Positions 30,885 through 39,619 of a DNA stretch of 41,509 nucleotides are shown one piece after another. The stretch lies in IMG/VR virus record IMGVR_UViG_3300035493_000027. One strand, given 5' to 3'. Below the pieces are notes generated by a model, which did not search any database, had not been told where the DNA came from, and saw only the letters and a program-made list of their open reading frames with translations. Source of the DNA: a virus. How positions within the stretch are numbered: position 1 is the first letter of the stretch; every line of letters begins with the position of its first letter. A program made the position numbers and the translations under genes.

Positions 30885-32681
30885 ATGAAGACCCTTGAGT
30901 TCGACTGTGAAACAAACGGGCTGCTACACCAGCTCGACCGCGTCCATTCCCTCGTGATCAAGGACGCAACCACCGGGGAGCGTGGCTCCTTCGCTGACCA
31001 GCCGGGCTACTCGCCCATCAAAGAGGGGCTGGCTTGGCTGATGGAGGCTGACCTTGCGGTCGGCCACAACATCATCAAGTTCGACATGCCCGCGCTGCAG
31101 CAGGTCTACCCCTGGTTCGACATCCCGCTCGAACGGCTGCGTGACACCCTGGTACTGACCCGCCTGATCTGGCCGGAGATCGGTGACCGGGACACCGGCC
31201 TGATCCGCAAGGGGAAACTGCCAGGGAAGCTGCGAGGCTCCCACTCCTTGGAAGCCTGGGGCTACCGCCTCGGGGTCTACAAGGGTGAGTTCGGTAAGAC
31301 CTCGGACTGGCAGGTCTGGATGCCTGAGATGCAGACGTACTGCGAGCAGGACGTTGAGGTCACCGATGCGCTGTGGAAGAAGATCCAGTCCAAGGAAGTG
31401 GCCGAGCGCGCCGTCGAGCTGGAGCACTGGTTCGCCTTCATCATCGGTCTGCAAGAGCGCCACGGGTTTGCCTTCAACACCCAGGCAGCCGCTGCTCTGT
31501 ACACCACCCTGGTGGCCGAGCGGGAGAAGCTGGACGCGGAACTCAAAGGTGCCTTCCGGCCCTGGTACGTCAACGCCGGGGTCGCCATGCCCAAGCGCCC
31601 GAACCGTACCCAGGGCATTGAGGCCGGGGTTCCGTACTGCAAGATCACCCTGCAGGAGTTCAACCCCGCCAGCCGACTGCAGATCGCTGACCGCCTGACC
31701 AAGCTGTACGGTTGGAAGCCCAAGGAGTTCACCGATAGCGGCCAACCAAAGGTCGACGAGACGGTGCTCTCCAAGCTGCCGTACCCAGCGGCCAAGCTCC
31801 TGGCTCGTCGGTTCCTGATCGAGAAGCGCATCGGGCAACTGGCCGAGGGGAACCAGGCTTGGCTCAAGCTGGAGCGCAAGGGGCGCATCCACGGCTCGGT
31901 GAACACCATCGGTGCCGTGACCGGGCGCTGTACCCACAGCCACCCCAACGTCGCCCAGGTGCCGTCAGTCCGCGCCCCATTCGGCAAGGAGTGTCGGGCA
32001 CTGTTCGGTGCTGATCCTGGCTACGTCCAGATCGGTGCCGACGCCTCGGGCCTTGAGCTGCGCTGCTTGGCCCACTACATGGCGCGGTATGACGGGGGAG
32101 CCTACGCCAAGGTTCTGCTCGAAGGTGACATCCACACGGAGAACCAGAAGGCAGCCGGTCTGCCCACTCGGGATAACGCGAAGACGTTCATCTACGCCTA
32201 CCTCTACGGGGCTGGCGACGAGAAGATCGGGCAGATCGTTGGCAAGGGTGCGAAGGAAGGAAAGAAGCTCAAGGAGAACTTCCTGAAACGCACCCCCGCA
32301 TTGAAGCGGCTACGCGAAGACGTTGCGTCAGCCGTGAAAAAGCGGGGCTACCTCGTCGGGATCGACGGGCGACACCTGCACATCCGATCCGACCACGCCG
32401 CCCTCAACACCCTCCTGCAATCAGCCGGTGCCCTGTTGGTTAAACAAGCCACGGTCAACTTGTATCGGGAGCTATCCACTCGTGGATACGTCTTCGGCAA
32501 GGACTGGGCGATGTTGGCCCACGTTCACGACGAGTACCAGCTCCAGGCCAGGAAGGAGATCGCAGACGAAGTTGCCCAGGTAGCCGTGTGGGCCTTCCAG
32601 CAAGCGGGCCGCGACTTCAACTGGCGGTGCCCACTGGATGGTGAGGCCAAGACCGGCACGAACTGGGCGGAGTGCCACTGA
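30885..32681 (+). CDS. Family A DNA polymerase with 3'-5' exonuclease (T7 gp5-like, compact)
   Basis: Exo motifs FDCETNGL, GHNIIKFDMPAL, YCEQDV. Pol motifs DASGLELR, RDNAKTFIYAYLYGAG, HVHDEY. Confidence 0.97.
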   Translation: MKTLEFDCETNGLLHQLDRVHSLVIKDATTGERGSFADQPGYSPIKEGLAWLMEADLAVGHNIIKFDMPALQQVYPWFDIPLERLRDTLVLTRLIWPEIGDRDTGLIRKGKLPGKLRGSHSLEAWGYRLGVYKGEFGKTSDWQVWMPEMQTYCEQDVEVTDALWKKIQSKEVAERAVELEHWFAFIIGLQERHGFAFNTQAAAALYTTLVAEREKLDAELKGAFRPWYVNAGVAMPKRPNRTQGIEAGVPYCKITLQEFNPASRLQIADRLTKLYGWKPKEFTDSGQPKVDETVLSKLPYPAAKLLARRFLIEKRIGQLAEGNQAWLKLERKGRIHGSVNTIGAVTGRCTHSHPNVAQVPSVRAPFGKECRALFGADPGYVQIGADASGLELRCLAHYMARYDGGAYAKVLLEGDIHTENQKAAGLPTRDNAKTFIYAYLYGAGDEKIGQIVGKGAKEGKKLKENFLKRTPALKRLREDVASAVKKRGYLVGIDGRHLHIRSDHAALNTLLQSAGALLVKQATVNLYRELSTRGYVFGKDWAMLAHVHDEYQLQARKEIADEVAQVAVWAFQQAGRDFNWRCPLDGEAKTGTNWAECH

Positions 32682-32893
32682 TGAACCGCAAGACCCTGAT
32701 CGTCCTGCAGCGAGCCTACATCGAGCCATTCACCGTGCAGAGCAACTACGCACGGGAGAACGCAGTGCGCGTGGCCGAGCTGGCAAGCCGAGGACTACTG
32801 ACCACCCATGCTGGCCATGGGCTTTACAGCAAACACTGGCGCGTTACCCCAGCGGGGCGCGCTCTCTTGGAGTACACCGGAGGAGAATCCTGA
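32681..32893 (+). CDS. Hypothetical small protein (possible winged helix)
   Basis: The ATG overlaps the polymerase stop (TGATG). 70 aa. Confidence 0.6.
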   Translation: MNRKTLIVLQRAYIEPFTVQSNYARENAVRVAELASRGLLTTHAGHGLYSKHWRVTPAGRALLEYTGGES

Positions 32894-33216
32894 TGTTCAA
32901 GAACCTGATCGCCACCCTGTTGATCGTTGTCGCCCTGGTCGCTGGCCCGGCCCAAGCCCGTGGCTTCGCGGCACCGGCTGCCCGCGTTGCCCCTGTGGTT
33001 CGCATGGCACCAACCCCGAAGCCGGTCTACACGCCCAAGCCCCAGGTGGCCCCACGTTCCACCGCTTCGACCGTGACCACCACCAGCTCCACCACTCGCT
33101 CAACCACCGATGACGCCAGCTCCGCAGTCAGCACCGCCATTACCTGGGGGGTCATCGGCGCAATGATCGGCTCGACCTTTGGCGACGACGAGGAGGATGA
33201 GGAGGAGCAGCAGTGA
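32893..33216 (+). CDS. Predicted secreted / membrane-anchored protein with acidic tail
   Basis: The ATG overlaps the preceding stop. Signal-like N-terminus MFKNLIATLLIVVALVAGPAQA, Pro/Thr/Ser-rich middle, C-terminal TM AITWGVIGAMIGSTF, tail DDEEDEEEQQ. Confidence 0.65.
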   Translation: MFKNLIATLLIVVALVAGPAQARGFAAPAARVAPVVRMAPTPKPVYTPKPQVAPRSTASTVTTTSSTTRSTTDDASSAVSTAITWGVIGAMIGSTFGDDEEDEEEQQ

Positions 33217-33929
33217 GAGCGCAGTACGTTGACCACATGGGCGACGACCTGAGCGTGGTAAACGCCGCTCGGGTCAGCTTCGACAAGATCAGCAGCCACG
33301 TCTACGTCGATGAGGAAGGCAACGAGTTCGAGGAGCTGGTAGCTACCGGCCTCCGAGGGCCAACCACCAAGGCCGACGACCAGCGCCTGATCCGCTATCT
33401 CGCCAAGCACGACCACTGGACTCCCTTCGCCCACACCGGCATCACCCTGCGGATGCAAGCCCCGGTGCCGATCCGCACCCAATGCTTCAAGCACAAGCAG
33501 GGTCTGGTGGAGAACGAGGAGTCTCGCCGGTACATCAGCTCCACGCCTGAGCTGTACATCCCGTCCGTGTTCCGCAGCAAGCCCGAAGGCTCGGCCAAGC
33601 AAGGCTCTGCCGGTGAGCACCCGCGCAGCCATGAGTGGCGCAAGGAGTACCGGCTGGCTGGCGAGTACGCCATCAAGCTGTACGAGGACATGATCCGTGA
33701 CGGTGTCTGCCCCGAACAGGCCCGCTTCATCCTGCCGCAAGGCTGCGAGGTGAACTGGATCTGGACTGGCAACCTGTACGCCTTCGCCAACTTCTACCTG
33801 AAACGCACCGACCCGCACGCCCAGCACGAGATTCAAGTGCTGGCCCAGGAGGTCGGCTCAATCATCGAACCGCTGTTCCCAGTCTCCTGGGCGGCTTTGA
33901 CACGTCTGGAGGAATCCACCAGTGGATGA
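33213..33929 (+). CDS. thyX: ThyX-family (flavin-dependent thymidylate synthase-like) protein, divergent signature
   Basis: MGDDLSVVNAARVSF, HWTPFAH, ILPQGCEVNWIWTGNLYAFANFYLKRTD and AQHEIQ fit the ThyX fold pattern. The signature reads KHKQGLVENEESRRY rather than RHRxxSxxxxSxR. Confidence 0.8.
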   Translation: MRAQYVDHMGDDLSVVNAARVSFDKISSHVYVDEEGNEFEELVATGLRGPTTKADDQRLIRYLAKHDHWTPFAHTGITLRMQAPVPIRTQCFKHKQGLVENEESRRYISSTPELYIPSVFRSKPEGSAKQGSAGEHPRSHEWRKEYRLAGEYAIKLYEDMIRDGVCPEQARFILPQGCEVNWIWTGNLYAFANFYLKRTDPHAQHEIQVLAQEVGSIIEPLFPVSWAALTRLEESTSG

Positions 33930-34155
33930 ATTGAACCTTGATCTGAGCGGCATCGAAGACCCGGTTACCGCCCGTGTGACCGACCTGATCCGCCTCAGCG
34001 AAGCCCTGGACAAGGCCCAGGAGGAAGTCGGCCAGAACGCCCTGAAGGCTGGCCTTGCGTTCGTGCTGGAAGACCTCAAGCGCGTGGTGTTCCCGCCTGT
34101 TGCAGTCCAGGGCGACAACGTCATCCCGTTTCCTGGAGGCCGTGATGTCCACTGA
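33922..34155 (+). CDS. Hypothetical protein; GTG start
   Basis: 77-aa ORF overlapping both neighbours by a few nt. No recognisable motif. Confidence 0.5.
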   Translation: MDELNLDLSGIEDPVTARVTDLIRLSEALDKAQEEVGQNALKAGLAFVLEDLKRVVFPPVAVQGDNVIPFPGGRDVH

Positions 34156-34927
34156 AACCATCGCGCTGATCGACGGCGACATCTTCGCCTATGAGATCGC
34201 TGCCGGTGCCGAGGAGCCGATCCACTGGGGTGACGGCCTCTGGACTCTCCATGCGTGGGAAGACCAGGGCCGACTCCGGGTGGTCGACCGGGTGCATGAG
34301 GTGGCCGATGCGATCAACGCCGACCGCATCATCGTGGCCCTGACGGATGACGTGAACTGGCGCAACTCGGTGCTCCCTTCCTACAAGGAGAACCGGGTCG
34401 GCCAGCGCAAGCCGATGATCCTCAAGCCGCTCAAGGAGCAGCTCAAGGAGAGCTTCGAGACCTTCATCCGTCCGGGCCTGGAGGCTGACGACGTGCTCGG
34501 CATCCTCTCCACATGGCCGAAGCTCAAGGGCCGCAAGGTCATCATCACCAAGGACAAAGACCTCAAGACCATCCCCGGTCTGCACTTCCACACCCACCGC
34601 ACCGAGCTGGGCGTGTTCGAGGTCACCGAGCACCAAGCCAACTACCACCACCTGCAGCAAGCCCTGACCGGCGACATCACCGATGGCTACAAGGGCTGCC
34701 CAGGTATCGGCCCGGCCAAGGCCGACAAGATCCTCCTGCCGTTCGCCCACGAGACCAAGCACGACCAGTTCTTCGACGTACAAGGCGCCTGGGAGAAGGT
34801 CGTCGAGGCGTTCGCCAAGGCCGGTCTCTCCGAAGAAGAAGCCCTCGTTCAGGCCCGCGTGGCCCGCATCTGCAGGGCATCCGACTACGACTTCAAGACC
34901 AAGAAGGTGAAGCTATGGAATCCGTGA
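34145..34927 (+). CDS. 5'-3' exonuclease (T7 gp6-like)
   Basis: Internal ATG with GGAGG upstream. ALTDDVNWRNSVLPSYKENR, LEADDVLGIL, ITKDKDLKTIPG and LTGDITDGYKGCPGIG match T7 gp6. Confidence 0.95.
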   Translation: MSTETIALIDGDIFAYEIAAGAEEPIHWGDGLWTLHAWEDQGRLRVVDRVHEVADAINADRIIVALTDDVNWRNSVLPSYKENRVGQRKPMILKPLKEQLKESFETFIRPGLEADDVLGILSTWPKLKGRKVIITKDKDLKTIPGLHFHTHRTELGVFEVTEHQANYHHLQQALTGDITDGYKGCPGIGPAKADKILLPFAHETKHDQFFDVQGAWEKVVEAFAKAGLSEEEALVQARVARICRASDYDFKTKKVKLWNP

Positions 34928-35232
34928 TCGACATGGTCAACCACCCTGGCCATTACAAGGGGAAGATCGACCCCATGCTTGCCGCTGTACGCGGTGCCCT
35001 CGTCGAGGACGTGGACGGCATCAACATCGAGTGCTTCGAGGCCATGGTCTCGATGATGACCATTGAGGAACTACGCGGTTACCTGCGTGGCAACTCCTTC
35101 AAGTACCGCTGGCGCTACCAGAAGAAGGCCGGACTGCAGGACTTGGAGAAGGCCGAGTGGTACGAGAAGAAGCTGCTCCGTCTTGAGCAAGCGGTCCATG
35201 CCTACCTGTTTCCGAAGGGGGTGGCCGCATGA
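34915..35232 (+). CDS. DUF3310-family protein
   Basis: HPGHYKG..IECFEAM..GNSFKYRWRYQKKAGLQDLEKAEWY is the typical DUF3310 pattern. Confidence 0.8.
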   Translation: MESVIDMVNHPGHYKGKIDPMLAAVRGALVEDVDGINIECFEAMVSMMTIEELRGYLRGNSFKYRWRYQKKAGLQDLEKAEWYEKKLLRLEQAVHAYLFPKGVAA

Positions 35233-35531
35233 TCGAGAGCCTGGAAGCCAACGTACTCCAGTGGGCGCAGGACCGGGGCATCTTCGCGAAAGCCACCCCG
35301 GTTAGCCAGTGGGACAAGACCCATGAGGAAGTCATGGAGCTGTTCACCGGCATCGTCGCCAAAGACCTTGACGAGATCGAGGACGCAATCGGGGACATCG
35401 TAGTGACCCTGATCATCCAGGCGCACATGCATGGCCTGACTTTGGGCCAGTGCCTCGCCTCGGCCTACGACCAGATCAAGAACCGAACCGGAAAGATGAT
35501 CAACGGAGTTTTCGTCAAAGATGCACCTTGA
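35229..35531 (+). CDS. mazG: MazG-like nucleotide pyrophosphohydrolase
   Basis: HEEVMEL...EIEDAIGDIVVTLII (EExxE..D metal motif) and a C-terminal IKNRTGKMINGVFVK. Confidence 0.85.
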   Translation: MIESLEANVLQWAQDRGIFAKATPVSQWDKTHEEVMELFTGIVAKDLDEIEDAIGDIVVTLIIQAHMHGLTLGQCLASAYDQIKNRTGKMINGVFVKDAP

Positions 35532-37284
35532 GACCTACCACGGTCTCACCCTGGACAATGGGCGTGATGCCCGACTGACAGCCCTCGCAGGAGACCTCCT
35601 GCGGGGGTTTTATCTTTCTGGGGGTGAGACTTTCCAACGCGCCTTTGCGCGCCCCGCGCTGGCGTTCTGCAAGGGAGACCTGCAGTTCGCCCAGGACATC
35701 TACGACGATGTCTCCCGTGGCTGGGCCATGTACTCCAGCCCGATCCTGAGCAACGCCCCCATGCCGGGCGAGCTGCCCAAGGCCATGCCGATCAGTTGCT
35801 TCCTGTCGTTCGTACCGGATACCCGCGAGGGTCTGGTGCAGCATCAGGTCGAGCTGGCTTGGCTGTCCATGATGGGCGGTGGTGTCGGCGGTCACTGGGA
35901 TCTGGTGCGTGCTGTGTCCGACAAGTCGGTCGGCCCGCTGCCGCACATCAAGATCGCCGATAGCGCCGTCGAAGGGTTCCGCCAGGGCAAGACCCGCAAG
36001 GGTTCCTATGCGGCGTACCTCTCGATTTCCCATCCAGATGTCGTCGAGTTCATGAACATTCGCCTCCCAACCGGGGGTGACGTGAACCGCAAGTGCTTCA
36101 ACATCCACCACGCGATCAACATCACCGATGACTTTATGGCTGCTGTTTTCGCTGGTCGATCTTGGGAGCTTCGCTGCCCTCATAGCGGCGCTGTGGTTGA
36201 AACAGTGGATGCGCGAGAACTGTGGCAGTCGATCCTCGAAGTTCGCTTCCGTACCGGCGAGCCGTACCTGAACTTCATCGACACAGCGAACCGTGCGCTG
36301 CCCGAGGCCCAACGCGCCCTGGGGCTGCGAATCCATGGCTCAAACCTGTGCAACGAGATTCACCTACCGACCGACGCCGAGCGCACGGCTGTGTGCTGCC
36401 TCTCGTCGATCAACCTTGAGAAGTTCGACGAGTGGAGCAAAGACCCGCGCTTCGTGCATCGTTGGGTTCGGTTCCTCGACAACGTGCTGGACTACTTCAT
36501 CGAGCACGCCCCGGACGTAATGAGCCGTGCGGTGTACTCGGCCATGCGTGAACGGGCCATTGGTCTGGGCGCTATGGGCTTCCACTCCCTGCTGCAGAGC
36601 AAGCGGGTGCCGTGGGAGTCGGTCATCGCCAAGTCCATGAACCGCCGCATCTTCGCCAAGATCCAGGCCGACGCCATTGAGGCAAGCCAAGAGCTGGCCC
36701 TGGAGCGCGGCGAGGCACCGGACATGGTGGGAACTGGCCGTCGCAACAGCCACCTGCTGGCCATCGCACCGAACGCCAACAGCGGCCTGATCTGCGGCAC
36801 CAGTCCGTCCATCGAACCGCTGCGCTCGAACGCCTTCACCCAGCGCACCCGTGCTGGTTCCCATCTGGTGAAGAACCCGCACCTTGAGGCGCTGCTGGAA
36901 TCCCTCGGCCACAACACCGACGAGGTCTGGCAGTCGATCATCCTGCACAAAGGGTCGGTCCAGCACCTGGACTTCCTCGACGAGTACGACAAGGAGGTCT
37001 TCAAGACCGCCTTCGAGCTGGACATGCGGTGGGTCGTAGACCTCGCTGCTGATCGCCAGGAGCACATCTGCCAGGGCCAGAGCCTGAACCTGTACTTCCC
37101 GTTCGGTTCCGAGCGCCGCTACGTCAACGAGGTTCACCTCATGGCGTACCAGCGGGGACTCAAGGGCGTGTACTACCTGCGCACCGATGCCGGGTTCAGT
37201 GGGGACAAGGTCAGCCAGAAGATCGAGCGCAAAGCACTGAAAGACTTCAACGCAGAGGAGGAATGCCTAGCATGTCAAGGCTGA
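35521..37284 (+). CDS. nrdA: Class I ribonucleotide reductase alpha subunit, no ATP-cone
   Basis: SSPILSNAP, GSNLCNEIHLP (active-site Cys/Asn/Glu), the GVYYLRT tyrosine pair and a C-terminal CLAC redox pair. 587 aa starting directly with the catalytic core. Confidence 0.92.
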   Translation: MHLETYHGLTLDNGRDARLTALAGDLLRGFYLSGGETFQRAFARPALAFCKGDLQFAQDIYDDVSRGWAMYSSPILSNAPMPGELPKAMPISCFLSFVPDTREGLVQHQVELAWLSMMGGGVGGHWDLVRAVSDKSVGPLPHIKIADSAVEGFRQGKTRKGSYAAYLSISHPDVVEFMNIRLPTGGDVNRKCFNIHHAINITDDFMAAVFAGRSWELRCPHSGAVVETVDARELWQSILEVRFRTGEPYLNFIDTANRALPEAQRALGLRIHGSNLCNEIHLPTDAERTAVCCLSSINLEKFDEWSKDPRFVHRWVRFLDNVLDYFIEHAPDVMSRAVYSAMRERAIGLGAMGFHSLLQSKRVPWESVIAKSMNRRIFAKIQADAIEASQELALERGEAPDMVGTGRRNSHLLAIAPNANSGLICGTSPSIEPLRSNAFTQRTRAGSHLVKNPHLEALLESLGHNTDEVWQSIILHKGSVQHLDFLDEYDKEVFKTAFELDMRWVVDLAADRQEHICQGQSLNLYFPFGSERRYVNEVHLMAYQRGLKGVYYLRTDAGFSGDKVSQKIERKALKDFNAEEECLACQG

Positions 37285-37451
37285 AGAACGTCGAAGTTCG
37301 CCCGTTAGGAATGCCCGGAAAATGTCGTGGATGTGAGGGAAAGATAGAGCCACACGTTGAGAGCGCGGTAGTCGTAAAGACCGCGCGTGGGCCAGTAATC
37401 CTCTGTGAGAGTTGTGTTGAAGCTATTAAGGAGGAAATGTGCCATCTCTAA
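37272..37451 (+). CDS. Small CxxC...CxxC zinc-ribbon-like protein between nrdA and nrdB
   Basis: CRGCEGK...CESCVEA. Lower-GC insert. Start 37263 or 37272. Overlaps the GTG start of nrdB. Confidence 0.5.
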   Translation: MSRLKNVEVRPLGMPGKCRGCEGKIEPHVESAVVVKTARGPVILCESCVEAIKEEMCHL

Positions 37452-38407
37452 CGGAAGTCTCTACGACTTACAAACCGTTCCACTACCCCGAGTTCGTCAA
37501 CCACGCCATCGACCATGAGTCCCTGTTCTGGGGCGAGTGGGAGGCATCCCTGCAGCGTGACGTGAACCAGTGGAAGGACGGGACGATCACCCCGGTCGAG
37601 AAGAACCACATCACCCAGATCCTGCGCCTGTTCACCCAGAGCGACCAGATCGTGGGCGGTTCCTACGTCGACGTGTTCCTGCCGTACTTCAAGAACAACG
37701 AAGCCCGCATGGCGCTGCTGTCCATCGCCAACCGGGAGTCGACCCACATGCGCGCCTATGCGCTGCTGAACGACACCCTCGGCCTACCCGAGAGTGAGTA
37801 CCGGGCGTTCCTTGAGTACGAGGAGATGGCAGACAAAGCGGAGTTCATGCAGGACTTCGCCGTGGTTCCAGGCCCGATGCAGATGGGACTGAACATCGCC
37901 CGCACAGTGATGAACGAGGGTATGAGCCTGTTCTCGGCCTTCGTCCAGCTCCTGAACTACCAGCGCCCCGAGGCTGGCTCGAAGATGCTGGGCATGTGCG
38001 AGATCGTCGAATGGTCGATCCGCGACGAGACCAAGCACGTCGAGATCATGGCGGCGCTGTTCCGGCGTCACTGCGAGGAGCACCCGGAGATCGTCACAGA
38101 TGCGTTTAAGCGGGCGATGTACGGGATGTACCGCCAGGGTGTCACCCTGGAGGATCGCTTCATCGACCTGTCGTTCGCCCTGGGTGGGCCGAGGGCGCTG
38201 ACCCCCGAGGAGGTCAAGCAGTACATCCGCTTCATCGCGGATCGCCGTCTGGTTCAGCTCGGCCTCAAGCCGAACTGGGGGATCGAGAAGAACCCGTTGC
38301 CGTGGGTCGACCACATCGTCTCCGGTGACAACCAGAAGAACTTCTTCGAGGGCCGTGTGACCGACTACAACCACAAGGGTATGGAGGGTGACTGGGGGTG
38401 GGAATGA
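37439..38407 (+). CDS. nrdB: Class I ribonucleotide reductase beta subunit; GTG start
   Basis: Ferritin-like di-metal ligand motifs RESTHMRAYALL and IRDETKHVEIM. AAGGAGG 4 nt upstream of the GTG. Confidence 0.92.
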   Translation: MPSLTEVSTTYKPFHYPEFVNHAIDHESLFWGEWEASLQRDVNQWKDGTITPVEKNHITQILRLFTQSDQIVGGSYVDVFLPYFKNNEARMALLSIANRESTHMRAYALLNDTLGLPESEYRAFLEYEEMADKAEFMQDFAVVPGPMQMGLNIARTVMNEGMSLFSAFVQLLNYQRPEAGSKMLGMCEIVEWSIRDETKHVEIMAALFRRHCEEHPEIVTDAFKRAMYGMYRQGVTLEDRFIDLSFALGGPRALTPEEVKQYIRFIADRRLVQLGLKPNWGIEKNPLPWVDHIVSGDNQKNFFEGRVTDYNHKGMEGDWGWE

Positions 38408-38416
38408 CCCCCGGTC

Positions 38417-38439
38417 AATTACCACACAGTCTTGGAGGA
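38417..38439 (+). promoter_or_regulatory. Phage RNAP promoter, M1 family (AATTACCACACAGTCTTGGAGGA)
   Basis: Intergenic after nrdB. Heads the gp6.7-like/portal/scaffold block. Confidence 0.85.
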
Positions 38440-38466
38440 CAGGGAAAACACTCATAGGGATAACTT

Positions 38467-38664
38467 ATGGATCAACTACCTGTGATTCCTAAAGACCTAC
38501 TCGATGCCCTGGAGCAGCGCTTCCCAGAGCGTTGTCCTGAGCCTGAGTGGTCTGAGCGTGAAATCTGGATGCGCGTAGGTGAGCGCCGGGTAATCCGGTT
38601 GCTCCGTCGCGTGTATGAGCAACAGCAAGAGAACGTGTTGGAGAACACTCATGTGCTTCGTTAA
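38467..38664 (+). CDS. Hypothetical protein
   Basis: 65 aa, AGGGA 8 nt upstream, lower GC than its neighbours. Confidence 0.6.
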   Translation: MDQLPVIPKDLLDALEQRFPERCPEPEWSEREIWMRVGERRVIRLLRRVYEQQQENVLENTHVLR

Positions 38665-38857
38665 GACCCCAAAAATGAAGTCCAGCACCCCCGCAGCAGC
38701 GCCGCCGGCACCGGAGAAATCTGCCGCCGATGAGCAAGGCGTCCCCGAGAACGAGGACACCAACCTCAGTACCAAGAAGACCCCGCTGCGGAACAAGCTG
38801 CGCATCGACCTCGACCGCAACGAGGAGGAGCGCAAGTTCGGCGGTTACCGCCTGTAG
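38651..38857 (+). CDS. T7 gp6.7-like small virion protein
   Basis: N-terminus MCFVKTPKMKSS parallels T7 gp6.7 MCFSPKIKTPKM as recalled. GGAGAA 6 nt upstream. Confidence 0.75.
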   Translation: MCFVKTPKMKSSTPAAAPPAPEKSAADEQGVPENEDTNLSTKKTPLRNKLRIDLDRNEEERKFGGYRL

Positions 38858-38863
38858 GTAGCC

Positions 38864-39316
38864 GTGTTCATCCCCCAGTATCTGCGCCTGGATGCTGGAA
38901 CCCCAACCCCATTGACCCGTGAGCAGATCGAGCCAACCGTTCGGGAGGCCATGAAGCTCTACTTCGACATCCACAAGGCCGACTACGGCCAGTGGCTACT
39001 GTCCGCAGACGAAGCTGCAGAGGTCTCCCTTCGAGACCACCACATCGTCCTCATCAACTCCGACTACCTGATCGGCTACTCGAAAGCCTCCGAGTGGTAC
39101 GCCCGTGGCTTTGTGCTCACCGAGGAGTACCTGCTACGAGTAGGGACTGGGAGCACCCGGTTGTCCGAGGTGTTCGAGGTGATGAAGACCTTCGCGCTGC
39201 TCCACGGGGCAAGAGGTTGTGAGTTCGGCACACGCGCAGCCAGCAACAAAGCGGCCATCCGACGGCTTTACGCCCGGCATGGCCTGACCGAAACCATGAC
39301 TGTGATGAGGTGTTAA
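38864..39316 (+). CDS. Hypothetical protein (weak GNAT-like C-terminal motif); GTG start
   Basis: 150 aa. The C-terminal NKAAIRRLYARHGL resembles the acetyltransferase motif B pattern, but evidence is thin. Confidence 0.6.
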   Translation: MFIPQYLRLDAGTPTPLTREQIEPTVREAMKLYFDIHKADYGQWLLSADEAAEVSLRDHHIVLINSDYLIGYSKASEWYARGFVLTEEYLLRVGTGSTRLSEVFEVMKTFALLHGARGCEFGTRAASNKAAIRRLYARHGLTETMTVMRC

Positions 39317-39319
39317 CCA

Positions 39320-39607
39320 GTGGGTGGCATCAAGAAAGCATTCAAGTCCGTCACCAAGTCCATCAAGAAGGTCGTCTCGAAGACCGTTGGTGGTGCGGTG
39401 TTCGGCATCAAGGCTGACAAGCCCAAGGTAGTCGAGCAAGCCCCTCCGGCCCAGGAGGCACCGAAGGCTGAACAGAACGCGGAAGGCGTCAGCACCCCCG
39501 AGGAGCTGAGCACCCGCAAGCGCAATCGCCGCAATGGCTTGCGTATCGACCTGAACAACGCAGGTGGAGCCAACACCGGCAGTGGCCTGAACATTCCGGT
39601 GGGCTAA
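39320..39607 (+). CDS. T7 gp7.3-like virion protein; GTG start
   Basis: MGGIKKAFKSVTKSIKKVVSKTVGGA parallels T7 gp7.3 MGKKVKKAVKKVTKSVKKVVKEGA. The C-terminal GSGLNIPVG parallels GGGINI. Confidence 0.75.
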   Translation: MGGIKKAFKSVTKSIKKVVSKTVGGAVFGIKADKPKVVEQAPPAQEAPKAEQNAEGVSTPEELSTRKRNRRNGLRIDLNNAGGANTGSGLNIPVG

Positions 39608-39619
39608 TCAAGGAGGCGT

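Noticed and set aside
34513-35232. 239-aa ORF overlapping the exonuclease gene
   Set aside because: The upstream two thirds is an Arg/Pro/Gly-rich out-of-frame reading of the gp6-like gene. Only the part from ATG 34915 (DUF3310 pattern, with RBS) is credible.
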